From the human T2T-CHM13v2.0 reference genome, Homo sapiens, in the NCBI RefSeq assembly GCF_009914755.1, contig NC_060933.1: a stretch of 64,000 bases of DNA. One strand, written 5' to 3'. The translations under genes and the position numbers were made by a program. The notes below the pieces were generated by a model, which ran no database searches, was not told the origin of the DNA, and saw nothing but the letters and a program-made list of their open reading frames with translations. Positions 44,965 to 58,628 of this stretch are shown piece by piece; position 1 is the stretch's first letter; each line of letters starts with the position of its first letter.

Positions 44965-45623
44965 CTAATAGAATATTGACTTACCCTATGACACGACAAT
45001 GATAAAAGTGAACTTTCATTAAGTGTTTTTTATATGCCAGGCACTATGTGAAGCTCTATATGTGCTATGCCTTTTAACCCTTTTGAGAACTCAAAGATAT
45101 AGTATAAATTTTATTCCTGTTTTAGAAGCAAGTAAACCTAATTTCTGCTAAAAATTGCTGGCAGTGAATTAAAACCAAGTCTATCTGATGCCAAAGTTTA
45201 TGCTTTTAACAACTTTACTAGAATTAATATGAATCACAAAATGTTTAGCAATAAACATGATAAATACAATTGCACACATGTCTTACATTAACTTTAATTT
45301 TCTCTTCTCTAGAATGTTTATAAAGCTTTAGCCATAATTGGCCAGATCACTTTGTGATCCATTTTCCAGTTTATACCGCGTGCTAATCCATGGCATCTAG
45401 CACAAGGCCTAGCTCATGGTAAATCTCAAAATGCAGTAAATGAATTAAGATTTAGATGAAGTATTATAACTGTTTTTTATACATCTACAGAGACAGTGAA
45501 AAGGAATATTTATTCAGCACTTCCTGTATGAATATTTATTCTGCACTTCTTGTATGTGAGTTACAGTACTGAACTTGTAAAGAGAAGAAATAGTCACTGC
45601 TGTCATTGTGCTTCATTTTGGAG

Positions 45624-45959
45624 CTGCATTGACCATTATAATAACCAGTAGCTACATGTGGCTATCGAGTACTTGAAAAGTGGCCACCTCAAATTGAGAT
45701 GTACTCTAAGTGCAAAATGCACACTGGTTTCAAAGACTTCGTTTTATAAAAAAAAAAAAAATTCCAATAATTTATTATGTTAACAACAGGTAAAATAATA
45801 TTTTGGACATGCTGGATTAAATAAAATTTATTATTAAAATTATTATATTTTATTATGAAAATTAACTTTACCTGTTTCTTTTTTACTTTTTTTGACATGG
45901 CTACCAGAAAATGTAAATTTTACATATGGCTTATATTATATTTCTATTGGGCAGTGATG
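45624..45959. mobile_element. MER33-like hAT-Charlie element
   Basis: tagctacatgtggcta, ends tttctattgggcagtgatg; TSD-like ttttggag/ttctagag. Confidence 0.75.
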
Positions 45960-46115
45960 TTCTAGAGGACAGGAGAGACACATTAATGGATAATTGTAAT
46001 CAAGGCTAAAATTTCTATGATTCAGATATGCAAAGATCCTATGGGAACACAAAAGAAGAACTTCCAAATCAGAAAGCAGAGTTCAGTAGGACTCCCCATA
46101 GAAAATAACATTTGC

Positions 46116-46283
46116 TACAAAATTAGCCAGGGCTTGCTGGAGAGCAGCTGTAATCCCAGCTACTCAGGAGGCTGAGGCAGGAGAATCGCTTGAAATCGAT
46201 TTTGCACCCAGGAGGCGGAGGTTGCAGTGAGCCAAGATGGCGCCACTGTACTCCAGTTTTGGTGACAGAGGGAACTCCATCCC
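46116..46283 (+). mobile_element. 5'-truncated Alu (linker plus right arm)
   Basis: tacaaaattagcc...ctgtaatcccagctactcaggaggctgaggcaggagaatcgcttga; internal 12-bp insert. Confidence 0.85.
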
Positions 46284-46408
46284 AAGAAGACAGAGAAGGA
46301 AGGAAGGAAGGAAGGAAGGAAGGAAGGAAGAAGGGAGGGAGGGAGGGAGAGAGGGAGGGGAGGGGAGTAAAGGGAGGAAAGGGAGGAAGAAAGGAAGAAA
46401 AAGGAAAG
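46284..46408 (+). repeat. Polypurine tract with (GGAA)8 and (GGGA)n
   Basis: (GGAA)8 at 46298-46329. Confidence 0.95.
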
Positions 46409-46809
46409 CGATATTTGCATTTTTGTCTTCTTTCCTTCCTGCTTTCTTGCTTTCTCTCATTTCCATTTGTTCCTTATACATTATACCAGCTTTTACCCCC
46501 ATAAACCTTCCTATTTAAGTACAAATATATATATAAAATTGAACAAATCATAACACCACTGCTGATAAATTCCTTCAAAGGGCCTATAACTCTGTAACCA
46601 GCACCTAGACCAAGAAATGGAAAACACAGTGTCCTAGAAGTTCCCCATGCTTCCCAGTGTCCACACCACCAAAAGTAAACAATTTCATTGACTTCTCACA
46701 CCAGAGATTAGTTTGGCATATCAATAAAATTGTGCATTATGTATAACCCTCTTTTTTTGACAGTGGTCCAGCCGTTGGACATCAGCTATACCATCCTTTT
46801 GTTTAAATA

Positions 46810-49330
46810 AAAGTGAACAATCTAGAATCACCAACATATATGAGAGAGAAGGAGAGCAGTACTAAGGAGAAAAAACAAACAAACACAAGTTTTTAAGGGA
46901 ACAAAATAATTTAGGGAAAAGATAAGAGATGTAATGATCTCATATTCCACTAATAGAATTACCATAAGGAGAAAACAGGGAAAACTAAGAGGAGGAAATT
47001 ATCAAAAACATAATGGAAGAAAATTTCCCAGAACTAGAGGACATAAGTCTTAAGACTGAAAAGGCCCATCAAGCGTTCAGTCCAATAAATGAATAAAGAT
47101 ATACACATAGCCTTAACTTTTTAAAACTGTAGGCTATCAAAGACAAAGAGATGACTCTAAAAGCATCCGGAGAAAAATGACAAGTCACTTATAAAGGGAT
47201 AAGAAACAGTGGCTTCAGTTTGGCATCAGCAAAAGTGGATGTCTACTAGAGAATGATGTAATAGTGATGTCTAAAAGTTCTGAAGAAAAGTTATTTTCCA
47301 CCCAGAAAATTACTATATTATTATTATTATTATTCAACCAATAATCCTTTCAGGCACACAAGGAATTTAAACTTTATCTATCATTAACATTTTGTAGAAG
47401 GTTATTTGATTGAATTCTATAAAAGAAGAGAGTAAATCAATACATTGGAAGATTAGGTAATCCAGGAAAGAGTAAATTCATTATAGGAAAGCAAAGCAAA
47501 GAAGTCCCCTATTTGCGGCTTATTAGCAGACCTAGAAGACAAATAATCTAGGCTGTGACAAAATGATGATGCTCTGTTAAGAAAAAAAAAAAAAACAAGA
47601 AACAAACCTCCCAAAACAGAAACAACCTAACATAATAAAAAGTATGACTAAAAATGGAAAGTAATTAAGAATGGTATAAAGACAAATAATATAAAGATAA
47701 AACAAAGTCATCATTCAAATATTAAGCAAATTGAAATGTGATAAGATTTTAAGCAATTATTTGGAGGTAAGAAATAGTAATCCATTGGGTCTGATGCTAG
47801 TAACAGTCTCCCATATGTAGTACAGAGGTCATGATATTGGTTTCAAAGAGAAGAAAAGTAATGCTAACACTCTCCATGGTCTGATTATACTCACAAAATT
47901 TTAAAATAACCCAGGCAATGTCTTCTAACTTTTAGGGTCAACCTACAAACAAAGCAAAGAAGTCTAGGATCTGGTTGCAAAACAGAATATGAATATTAAC
48001 TGACAAGATAAAAATAAAAGTGAAGCTGATGCAAGTTGAGAAGTGATAGCTGGAAGAGGTCTGGGTTGGATGAAAGTGGAGGAAAGAGGAGGGATGTTAA
48101 TATCTTCCAATTAGAAAGCAAGAAAACGAGGGAGACTGATGAAAATTGATGGAAACAATTACATAGATCATTAATAAAATAATTAAAATAACAACATGAT
48201 TATCTAGCAGAGAGAAGGAAGGTAGAGGATGGATATAGGGTAATTGACCTAAAACCTCATCATTCATATTGAAGAGGCAGTTGATTTATTCATATATTAA
48301 TACAAATAATAGTAACTAACTCTAGCTGAGTAGCAGGAAAGAAATTTGTTAAAAGAGTATTAGGAAACAGGCATAATTGAGGAGATAGTAATATAACCAA
48401 GTCTGGGATTCCAGGAACAATGTCTAATACCACAAAGCAAAACTAATCTAATAAGGAAATTTCTATCATGGTGACTGCCTTACTGAATACTGAAGAAAAC
48501 CAGCATTACTGATGCCTTCAAAGCTCCCCACTCCATTCCACTGCTGTGCCAACCCACACAACTGAAAAACTGACGCCCATTTCCTCAAGTCACTTACTTC
48601 CAAATCAAGCTCTCATACTGCTGAGTCAGACTGGATAAAATGAAGTCACGTATTTGTCCCCTAGCACGTCCCATGCCTGCAAAGGCTGGGGGACTGAGAT
48701 TTCTTATTTTTATCTTGTAGGATTCTCATGCCTGGAAGTTCACCAGACATAGTAAGGGTATCTTAAGGTGCTGCACAATCAGAAAATTGAAAAAATGCAG
48801 TCAAAAGTTGATTTTTTTTTTTTTTGAGACGGAGTTTTGCTCTTGTTGCCCAGGCTGGATTGCAGTGGTGCGATCAATCTCTGCTCACTGCAACCTCCGC
48901 CTCCGGGGTTCAAGCGGTTCTCCTGCCTCAGCCTCCTGAGTAGCTGGGATTATAGGTGCCCGCCACCACGCCTGGCTAATTTTTTGTGTTTTTAGTGGAG
49001 ACAGGGTTTCACCATGTTGGGCAGGCTGTTCTCAAACACCTGACCTCAGGTGATCCACTGGCCTCGGCCTCCCAAAGTGCTGGGATTACAAAAGTGAGCC
49101 ACCACGCCTGGCCTAAAGTTGATAAATTTAAAAAAAAAAAAAAACAAGGTATAAGCCGATAAACTTTGAGATAGGCACCAGGAGAAATAAAAAGCAGACA
49201 AATATAAACAGCTCACATCCAGGACAGTGAAACAGAGGGTAGAAAGAAAAGTAACAGACGACTTTTTATAAGAAGCTCTTCAACTGAACTTGTCATGACC
49301 ACCAGACTTGCATTTGATAACAGTAAAAAT
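46810..49330 (+). mobile_element. Old HAL1/L1M ORF1-like relic with later insertions
   Basis: gaagaaaatttcccagaact, tgaaaaggcccatcaag, ctaaaagcatccggagaaaa resemble ORF1 coding sequence; approximate. Confidence 0.5.
48813..49113 (-). mobile_element. Alu (AluSq/Sp-like)
   Basis: Full dimer; TSD aaagttgat. Confidence 0.93.
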
Positions 49331-49904
49331 TGAAAAAAAAAAAAAAGAGTAAAGATGAGGACACATGCTTAGACAGGTAAACTAGTACATGATGGAGTTG
49401 GAAATGAAACCAAGTTTTTCCTTTAAATACTCATGGGGTACGATTTAACTTAATGTGACAGATAAGGTGGAGTTTAAGCAGAGCTCTTCAATGCTAAATG
49501 ATTTCTTAATTTTAGAGAATATTGAGAAAGCCTGCGTTTGTGTGAGAGCCTGAAGAAACAATGGTGACAGGGAATTAAGGAGTTTGAAATAAAAACAAAA
49601 GGCCGGACATTTTCAGTTTTAAAGAAAATGTCAACTAGGATAAATAAATATAGAGTTCTGAGGAAATTGTCAGTGGAGGTATGAACTAAGCAACCTTGTG
49701 AAGGAGAGTTTCTACAGCTAGAATTGCTGTCTCTTTTGGCTGGACTTTCTGTCTGTTCTGGAGAACAGTTGACTCATGGCAGACATTTTGTTTGGTTGAG
49801 CCTTCTGATGGGACAAACTTCATGATATACTGGTAAGCAGATATTTTGAATACCATCTTCTGTATTTGGAGTCATTTAGCTTTTAAGTAGCGTATTCATA
49901 TTAT

Positions 49905-50440
49905 AATTATTTATTGATATATAACCTACACTTAAGGGCAAAAATATTTGGTACATAGCAATATTAATTTTTACATATATAAACAACCACATAACCACCA
50001 TTCAAATCAAGATTTTGAATATTTCCAGTATCTCAGAAGTATCCTCATGCCCCTCCCAGTCAGTACCCCTCAAAGGTAACCACTACTCTGACCATTACTG
50101 TAGATGAGTTTTCTGGCTTTTGAACTTTGTATAAATGCAACCATACACCAAAGAACCTTTGGCATCTGACTTCATTCACTCGTGATATCTGTGAGATTAA
50201 TTAGTGTTATTGCATGTATCAGTAGTTCATTCGTTTTTATTGCTGTGTAATAGTCCATTGTCTGGGTACACCCGAATCAATTTATCTATTGTTGATGGAT
50301 ATTTGGATGGTTTCCAGTTTTTGCCTATTATAAACAAAGCTGTTATGAACATTCTTGTACGAGCCTTATTGTGTTGGATATTTATCCAGGGGTAGAATTT
50401 CTGTGTCACAGGGTATATGTATGTTTAGCTTTGATAGTCA
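49905..50440 (-). mobile_element. L1ME-type 3' end
   Basis: ggtaaccactactctgac, cagtagttcattcgtttttattgctg, tttccagtttttgcctatta. Confidence 0.75.
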
Positions 50441-52184
50441 CATGTACATATATTATGTCACTGCCTTCTTCAAAACAATATACCCCTTTCTCACTGATAT
50501 TCTCTCTTCTAGGTTCACATCAAATTAATAAACTTTCTTATGTTATCATCCACATAGAACTTTCTTTTTATATACTTGGATCTCTATTCCCTTTTCCCCC
50601 TTTTGCTTTCCCCTCCACTCTTTAACTTCTATTTTTTCCAACATCCATATTTTCTTGCTATGAAAAAGTAAAAATAATCATTTTCTGCCTTTTTGCCCTA
50701 TTTTTACAATGAGGCAAGTTTTTCAGTGATGAGTTGAACTATTATACAAATGGTTGAATGTCTGGCTAGAACCTTTTATAATTTGTGAATTTTATAATAA
50801 AGCAAGGATGTTATTCTGTTGTCAACATTCACCCTTAATGGTAAAGAAAGCCCTTAGGACATAAATTCAAGGTGTAGGATTTCTTTTAGGTAACATTTTT
50901 TCTATTTACATATTGAAAACCTATAGACATTGGGTTTTGACATTAGAAAATATATGTATTTTAAAATATTAAAACATAAATATTATTTATTAACTATAAA
51001 TAATTTTTTAGATTAAAATTGGACATCAAATCCTTAAGCGATTACATCTAGATTGGTATTTATTATTAAAAGGAGCCCTTTCCCAATGCACTCCTAATCA
51101 TTATTTTATATATCTAATGGTGGTGGCAGGGAGGTGAAAGCCTGGAGGCATTTTGACAGGTACTGGTGACATTGGGAGGTAGAGTCATAGGAAAGATAGA
51201 AAGACAAATAACATTTTTTCAAGCCTCCCAGTCCTCTAAGGTGAAATAGAGTTGGAGACTTTGAGTAAGCCAGTAGAGCTCACAGAAAGTTTGGGAATCT
51301 GTTCTGCATGGTTCCATTAGGACTGAGCAGGAAGACATGTTTGTAGATATACTTCTGAGACTATTGCTCTGGGATTCATGTGAAGGTAACACTTAATGGT
51401 GCTACACAGCAAATCTTGGGTATACTTTATGATGAGAGATTTCATTTCAGCTCTGGCTACAAGCTGGAAATGGCTCTTCCTGCCTCAAATTATTTAAAGC
51501 CATCTCCCCATTATAACAAGTATACATGAGAAAGGACTGCTGTGCCAGAGAAGACCAGTAGTTAGGAAAATGGTTGATGTCTTCTACAGAGCATGTTGGA
51601 GGAAAGCAAATCTCTAAAAGTCAGCTTGTAAATGTTCAGAATGAAGGAAAACACTACTGTAAGCAAGTACACAGGAAAAAGACTAAGACTAAGAACTCAC
51701 TTTCATGGGCTTAGAAACAATGCAAATTATATTGAATAAAGTAAGTTATTGTTACCTCACATACTGTATTAAATGCAAAACAAATTAATGAAAATACCTC
51801 TTATTTTGCACTTATATCAACTGCATTGGTAATTGTTATTTTAGACTGCAGTTTTTGTCTTGCTTTTATGTGGGAATTTGGATCTGTGTCATTGTACATT
51901 TGTATCATTAATCTTGCAATTAAAATATGTAATATGAGAACTTTTAAGATATTGTTTTGTTTGGCTTTCTTGTTTTGGTAATTTGCAGTAGAGAATAAAC
52001 AGTGTTCACAAACCCCAGTAACTGTACCACTAGTTCAGAAGTTCCCTCTGCTTGGCTAATTGCTATCAACATTTTAGAGTTAATACTGAATTTAAACTTT
52101 CCTATAGTCAGAGTCTATTACTAGATATCATTTTGAAAAATAAAAATGGAGATAATAAATATGAAAATTTTCATTTTTAAATAA

Positions 52185-53960
52185 TTTATTTTATTTTTAT
52201 AGATTCAAGGATTTGTTTGCCCAGGTTTGTTACATGGATTTATTGCGTAATGGTGAGGTTTGGGCTTTATTCTACCAAAAAGGTAATTTTTCAACCCTTA
52301 GCAACCCCTCGTACCCGCCTCACTTTTGGAATCCCCAGTGTCTATTATTTCCTTCTGTATTTCCATGTGTACTCGTTGTTTAGCTGCCACTTATAGATGA
52401 GAACATGTGGTATTTGATTTTTTGGTTCTGAGTTATTTCACTTTGGATAGTGGCCTCTAGTTCCATCCATGTTGCTGCAAAAGACATGATTTCATTGTTT
52501 CCATGGCTGTGTAGTATTCCATGGTTTATCTATATCACATTTTCTTTATCTGATCATATATTGATGGACACGTAGGTTGATTCCGTGGCTTTGCAATTGT
52601 GAATAGTGTAGTGATAGACATATAAGTGCAGTGCATTTTTGATATAATGACTTCTTTGAGTAGATCCCAGTAGCATAGTAGAATTGCTAGATTAAATGGT
52701 AGATCTACTTTTAGTTATTTGAAAAATCTCCATAATGTTTTCCGTCTAGGTTGTACTAATTTACATTCCCACCAACAATGTATAAGCATTCCCTTTTCTC
52801 CTCATTCTCACCAACATCTGTTACTTCTTGACTTTTTAATAATTGCCATTCTGACTGGTGTGAGATGGTATCTCATTGTGGTTTTAATTTGCATCTCTGA
52901 TGATTAGTGATGTTGAATATTTTTTATATGTTTGTTGGCTGCTTGTATATCTTCTTTTGAGAAGTGTCTGTTCATGTCTTTTGCCCACTTTTTAATGGGA
53001 TTATTTGTTTTGTTCTTATTGAGTTGTTTTAGTTCCTTGTAGATTCTGGATATTATTTCTTTGCTGCCTGCATAGTTTACAAATATTTTCTCTCATTTTG
53101 TAGGTTGTGTGTTTACTCTTGATTATTTCTTGTGCTGTACTGAAGTTCTTTAGTTTAATTAAGTCCCATTTGTCTATTTTTGTTTTTATTGCATTTGATT
53201 TTGAGGACTTGGTCATAAATTCTTTGCCTAGACCAATGTCCAGAAGAGTTTTCCTTAGGTTTCTTTTTGGGACTTTTATAGTTTCAGGTCTTGCATTTAA
53301 TCCTTTATTCAATCTTGAGTCAATTTTTGTATATGGTGGAGATAGAGGTCTAGCTTCATTCTTCTGCATATGGCTATCCAATTTTCCCAGCATCCTTTAT
53401 TAAATACGGGTGTCCTTCCTCCGTGGTATATTTTTGTCAGCTTGTTGAAGATCAGTTGGTTGTAGGCATGTGGCTTTATTTCTGGTCTCTATTCTGTTCC
53501 ATTAATCTATGTGTCTATTTCTTTACCAGTACCATACTGTTTCAGTTACTATAGCCTTGTAGTATAGTTTGAAGTCAAATAATGTGATACCTCCAGCTTT
53601 GTTCTTTTTACTTCAGGATTACTTTGGCTATTCAGGCCCTTTTTTTTTTTGGTTCTATAAAAGTTTTAGGAAGTTTTTTCTAATTCTGTGAAAACTGACA
53701 TTGGTAATTTAATAGGAATTTCATTGAATTGTATATTGCTTTGAGCAGTATGGTCATTTTCACAATAATGAGTTTTCAAATCCATGAGCATGGGATTTTT
53801 TCAATTTCTTTGTGCTATCAGTGATTTTTTTTTTTTTTTTTAGTGTTTTGTAGGTTGTCCTTGCAGAGATCTTGACTCCTTGGTTAACTGTATTCCTAGA
53901 TATTTTATTCTTTGTGGTTATTGTAAATGGAATTGAGTTCTGGATTTGGCTGTCAACTTG
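52185..53960 (-). mobile_element. 5'-truncated L1 (L1PA15-17-like)
   Basis: 3' UTR tttttatagattcaagg...caggtttgttacatgg; ORF2 remnant [15 protein letters not shown]. Confidence 0.85.
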
Positions 53961-54060
53961 AAGAAAGTCATTTTCTTAATGGCAAAATCATTAAGTATTT
54001 TCAAAGAAGATTCATGGTATTTATTTCAAAAACAGTCAGAATACTTTCTCTATGCCATAA

Positions 54061-54369
<309 letters not shown>

Positions 54370-55498
54370 CAATAATGGCATTTTTAAGAAACCTTCCATT
54401 ATTAAAAATCACATAAAAAAAATGATTCAGTAAAAGAAAAGTTTAGAACTAGAAGTTTTCAGGATTATAATTGCCAGTAGCTCCAGAATAATGCAAGTAA
54501 AACAAATTTGATTCCTTAATTACATAATCAATATCATAGCTTATTCAAGCTATGAAAACTCTCAGGAGAAATTCCTATACTTCAAAAAGCATCTGGCCAC
54601 TCTTCCTTCTCATTCCCTTGCATTCCCATTGCTTTGATAGACAGCTAATGAAGCTTGCCCAGACCCGTCTTTTACAAAGAACAGAATATAGTAAACTCAA
54701 TATATTAGCAGCATTCTAGGTGTTATATGCATATGAAACATTTTACTTTCTTGCCTCTATGAGCTGAGACAGGACTAAAACTAATAAGACAATTTATATT
54801 TGAAACAGTGAAGTTCTTGGTTTGAGCTTTATATCAGTCCATATCAGAATCCAGGCCTGTCTGGCTTTGTTTAGTAGACTAATAGGGCAGCCCACCAGGA
54901 GTCTATTTGCATAGGGACCAGAAGGTGCTAGGGTGCAGGAATCAGTCAGGAGAATGAATAAAATGGAATACATTCAAGCAATGGATTATAATTCCAGTTA
55001 AAATGAACAATATATATCAACGTGGATGCATCTCAAAAATTCAACACTGAGCATAAAAAAGCACGTTGAAAAAGGACAGAGCACAAGTATGACGCTAGTT
55101 GTTTAAAATTTAAAAACAAAGTACTACATATTGCTTATGGACTTTTCTAAACAATAATATGTGTTGTTTATGTTTTTTAAAATTATGGCCTAGTAAAGTA
55201 AATATCCATTTTAAGAGAGTGATTTTCTCTAAGCACAAGTGCAAACTGGATGGGAGGAATGAGATATCAAATGTATCTATAGTTATCCCAGCCATTAGGA
55301 AAAAAAACCTGGAAAAAATAATAGTTTTTTTAAAATCACAGATTTAAAGCATATCATTTCCTCAGTGAGTACTAACAACCTTAATAATGTAGGTCTCTAA
55401 ACAGTCAGGCAAAGTACAATAATTAGGGTCATTGGCTGTTTGGCACAACAGCTTAAAGGTCTGAAGGCAAAGCAAATGCAATGAAAGCAAAATACATG

Positions 55499-55959
55499 TT
55501 TGAAAGGAAAATACCTTGGGCCCTCAAAATCACTAAGGAAAATTCAATCTGGAAACTGCTTAGGGCAAACCTGCCCCCCATTCTATTCAAAGCTGTCCCT
55601 CTGCTCACTGAGATACATGCATATCTGATTGCCTCCTTTGGAAAGGCTAATCAGAAACTCAGAAGAATACAACCCTTTTTGTCTCACCCATTTGTGACCT
55701 GGAAGCTCCCTCCCTACTTCCAGTCTTCCTGCCTTTGCTTCAGGTTGTCCCGCCTTTTCAGACCAAACCAATGTACTTCTTACATATATTGATCGATGTC
55801 TCATGTTTCCCTAAAACGTATAAAACCAAGCTGTGCCCCAACCACCTTGGGCACATGTTATCAGGACTTCCTGAGGCTGTGTCACGGGCATGTCCTCAAC
55901 CTTGGCAAAATAAACTTTCTAAATTAACTGAGACCTTTCTCAGATTTTCTGGGTTCACA
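55499..55959 (+). mobile_element. MER4A1-like (ERV1) solo LTR
   Basis: tgaaaggaaa...aaaatcactaag...gggttcaca; perfect TSD CATG. Confidence 0.88.
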
Positions 55960-56346
55960 CATGGGAACCAAAATGTTTTTAACTTTTCTGAACGACTTTG
56001 AAAAATACAAAACACTCATTGCTAATATGATTGAATACTGAGGGGTAATTTAAAATTATTGCAGAGGTAGATTAGATAAAATGCCCCTGGGGTTGTTTGT
56101 GAATTTTAATAGAATTTAGAGATGAAATAAATGTAGAAATGATCTAGTCCTATGGTGTGCCCTGACACTTAGGAATTTAAAAAGTAAGTAATGGAGATGA
56201 GGGTGGGAGAGGAATGAAGCAGTTTATTAATTGTTTGCAACAAACCAAAAAGCTGAACGAAATTTTTCACTTGAAACTGTCTGCAAAATTATACCAGTGA
56301 GATAAATCTAACATAACTTACTTCATGTTGCTTCTAACTTCACAAG

Positions 56347-56904
56347 TGTAGAAAGTAGAAAAGTTCCTCTTCAAAGCTCATCTTGGTTTAACAATAAAAT
56401 ATCAGACACGAGGAATAATAGCTTCTTACTCTAAAGCCTCCTATCAACTATTAGTTCTTACACTTTAGCCCAGTTAATTGCTTTGGCTTACTCAGGCATA
56501 TCTGGACAGGCCCAGGCAAGTCTTAGCTCATAGCTTATGCCCCTTCCTTATTTGGAAATGTTATTGCTTCCTTAAACTTTTCATAAGCAACTCCCCCTTC
56601 TTCTTTGTTCTCCCTTCCACTTACCTGTTTAGGAAAGTTTTAGGTTGTTAGCAAATTGGGTATCAGTTTAGACTGTGAGGTCCAGCTCCAGCCAATAGAT
56701 ACAGCACACAGCAGTAAGGACGACCCAAATGCATAAGGGATAAATATGTTTGTTTTTCCTTTGTTCAGTATACTCTTGTGGCAAGACTGCTCTGAGTGTA
56801 CCCTTTCTGCAGAAAGTAAAAATGGCCTCGCTGAGAAAATTAAATTTATGTTCAAGTGCTATTTCTTTGTGGCACTGGGGAACAAGCATTTTGCATTTCT
56901 AACA
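56347..56904 (+). mobile_element. LTR10-family (HERV-I/IP10) solo LTR
   Basis: tgtagaaagtagaaaagttcctcttcaaag ... catttctaaca; perfect 5-bp TSD ACAAG. Confidence 0.82.
56494..56523. promoter_or_regulatory. p53-type response element, three tandem half-sites (two imperfect)
   Basis: AGGCATATCT-GGACAGGCCC-AGGCAAGTCT versus RRRCWWGYYY. Confidence 0.5.
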
Positions 56905-58109
56905 ACAAGCTAATGATTTTTGCTCATTTCTGTGATAGGCCATGTTAACTATGGGAGGAATTTAACTGACAGTTTATCTGAGGAATTTAGTTTATAGTTT
57001 AACTGTAAGCCAAGGTGGATAATAGTCATTTTCCAAAGGTAATGCCCTCCTTATTTAGGGACTGAAACTCCCTCTGTAAAACAAATAAAAACCCACAAGG
57101 TTAAAATTATAGTAGTGGCCTGGATACTGTTAATATACAAGAATAGTTAAATAGTAACCAGTCATTGTTTCATAGCTTGCTTTAACTTCCCCAATTGTGA
57201 AACCTAAGACTGGTCATTACAATATTTTTCAGACTTTGCATTGTGATGAACCAACTGATTCCACTGGGACTGGTGACTTCTACCCAGGAACTGACTTAGT
57301 GCATGAAGACAGTTTTGGCATCCCTGTGATTTCATCCCCAGCCCTGCCAATCAGTAGAACCCCTTTCCTAACCCTCTGCCCACCAAACAATTCTTAAAAA
57401 CCCAAGTCTCCAAATTCTAGGGGAGGTGGATTTGAGAAATATCTCCTACAATCCTCACTCGCCTGCCTTGCAATTATTAAATTCTTTCTTTGCTGCAACA
57501 CCTGCTGTCTCCAGGTATTGTTTTTTTCTGAGCAGCCAGCAAGAAAACGCCAACTAGGTTGTAACACATTCACCTATGAAAATAAATTTCCACTTTCCTT
57601 TGATTTTGCCTGAAATTATAGTAATTCTATGTGGTATTACTGATTAGCTCATGCTAATTAAAAGATCAATTTATTTATGTTTGATCAATAAACTTTAAGG
57701 AAATGATTATTCTATAACACTGTCTATGGCAATAAAAATTTTCAAAACATTGATTTATATAAAAAGTAAGAGAAAGGGCTCTTGGTAATAAAAAGGATGA
57801 GAAAATGTACATAGCGTAGTAGTTTTTCAGAAGCTGGAAATCTAGAAGTTGGAATGGTCAGGTCTCATAGCTGGGGAAGAGGAGAGAGTCACTGGTTTTC
57901 TAGTCCAGGACACTTTGCATGCTAATATATTATTGTCTTTGTTGTTAAAAGAGAAAATGAGACAGAAACTTCCTAGACTGACATGAATTTCAAGTAATAA
58001 ATAACTGAAAATGCAGTATTTCCAAAAAGAAACAAATTGGTAGAGATGTGGGTACTCTATCAACTGGGAAAGGCTATTAAGTAAGATAATTACAGAGAAA
58101 GCAAAATTG

Positions 58110-58312
58110 AAAGGAAAGTAACATTTATTGAGTACTTACTTTGTATACATGAGGATTCTTCTAATACTTCATTTACCTTAACTCTCTCAATTTATTATTA
58201 TTATTATTCTCATTTCACAAATGAGAAATATAAAGTTCACCAGGATTAAGTAGTTTGCTTGTTATCATGTGGGAAGTTCTAGGCCAGCATTTGAAGTCAG
58301 GTCTCTTTCTAC
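58110..58312 (-). mobile_element. MIR
   Basis: taacatttattgagtacttact, attctcatttcacaaatgagaaa, atttgaagtcaggtct. Confidence 0.7.
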
Positions 58313-58628
58313 ACCTTCATGGATGGTGAATGAGCCAAGGTTGTTAAGATAACACAGCCTCAATCATTTTTTTTTTTTTTTTTAGCTAATTTATTCCGTG
58401 GACCCTTTTTGAGCAGTCTGGTGAAGATTATGGAATCACTTTCAGAATCATGCATTTATGTGCATACAATAAGATTATGTTTATATTACTTAATACATCA
58501 TTTTATGCATACACAATTCCTACAAAGGAAGGAGTCCCTAGAGGAAAGAAATGAAAGGAATGGTGGTCTCTATGAGAAGGTAAGAATCAGAATTTCTCTA
58601 AAAGATTTTAAAAATAAAAGTGAAGAAA

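Larger units (their letters stand above)
56272..57566 (+). mobile_element. LTR8-family (LTR8B-like) solo LTR split by LTR10
   Basis: tgaaactgtctgcaaaattat ... ggttgtaaca; TSD cact/catt. Confidence 0.8.

Noticed and set aside
46160-46518. Low-complexity ORFs (PSFL/EGRK repeats)
   Set aside because: Translations of the Alu and the GGAA microsatellite
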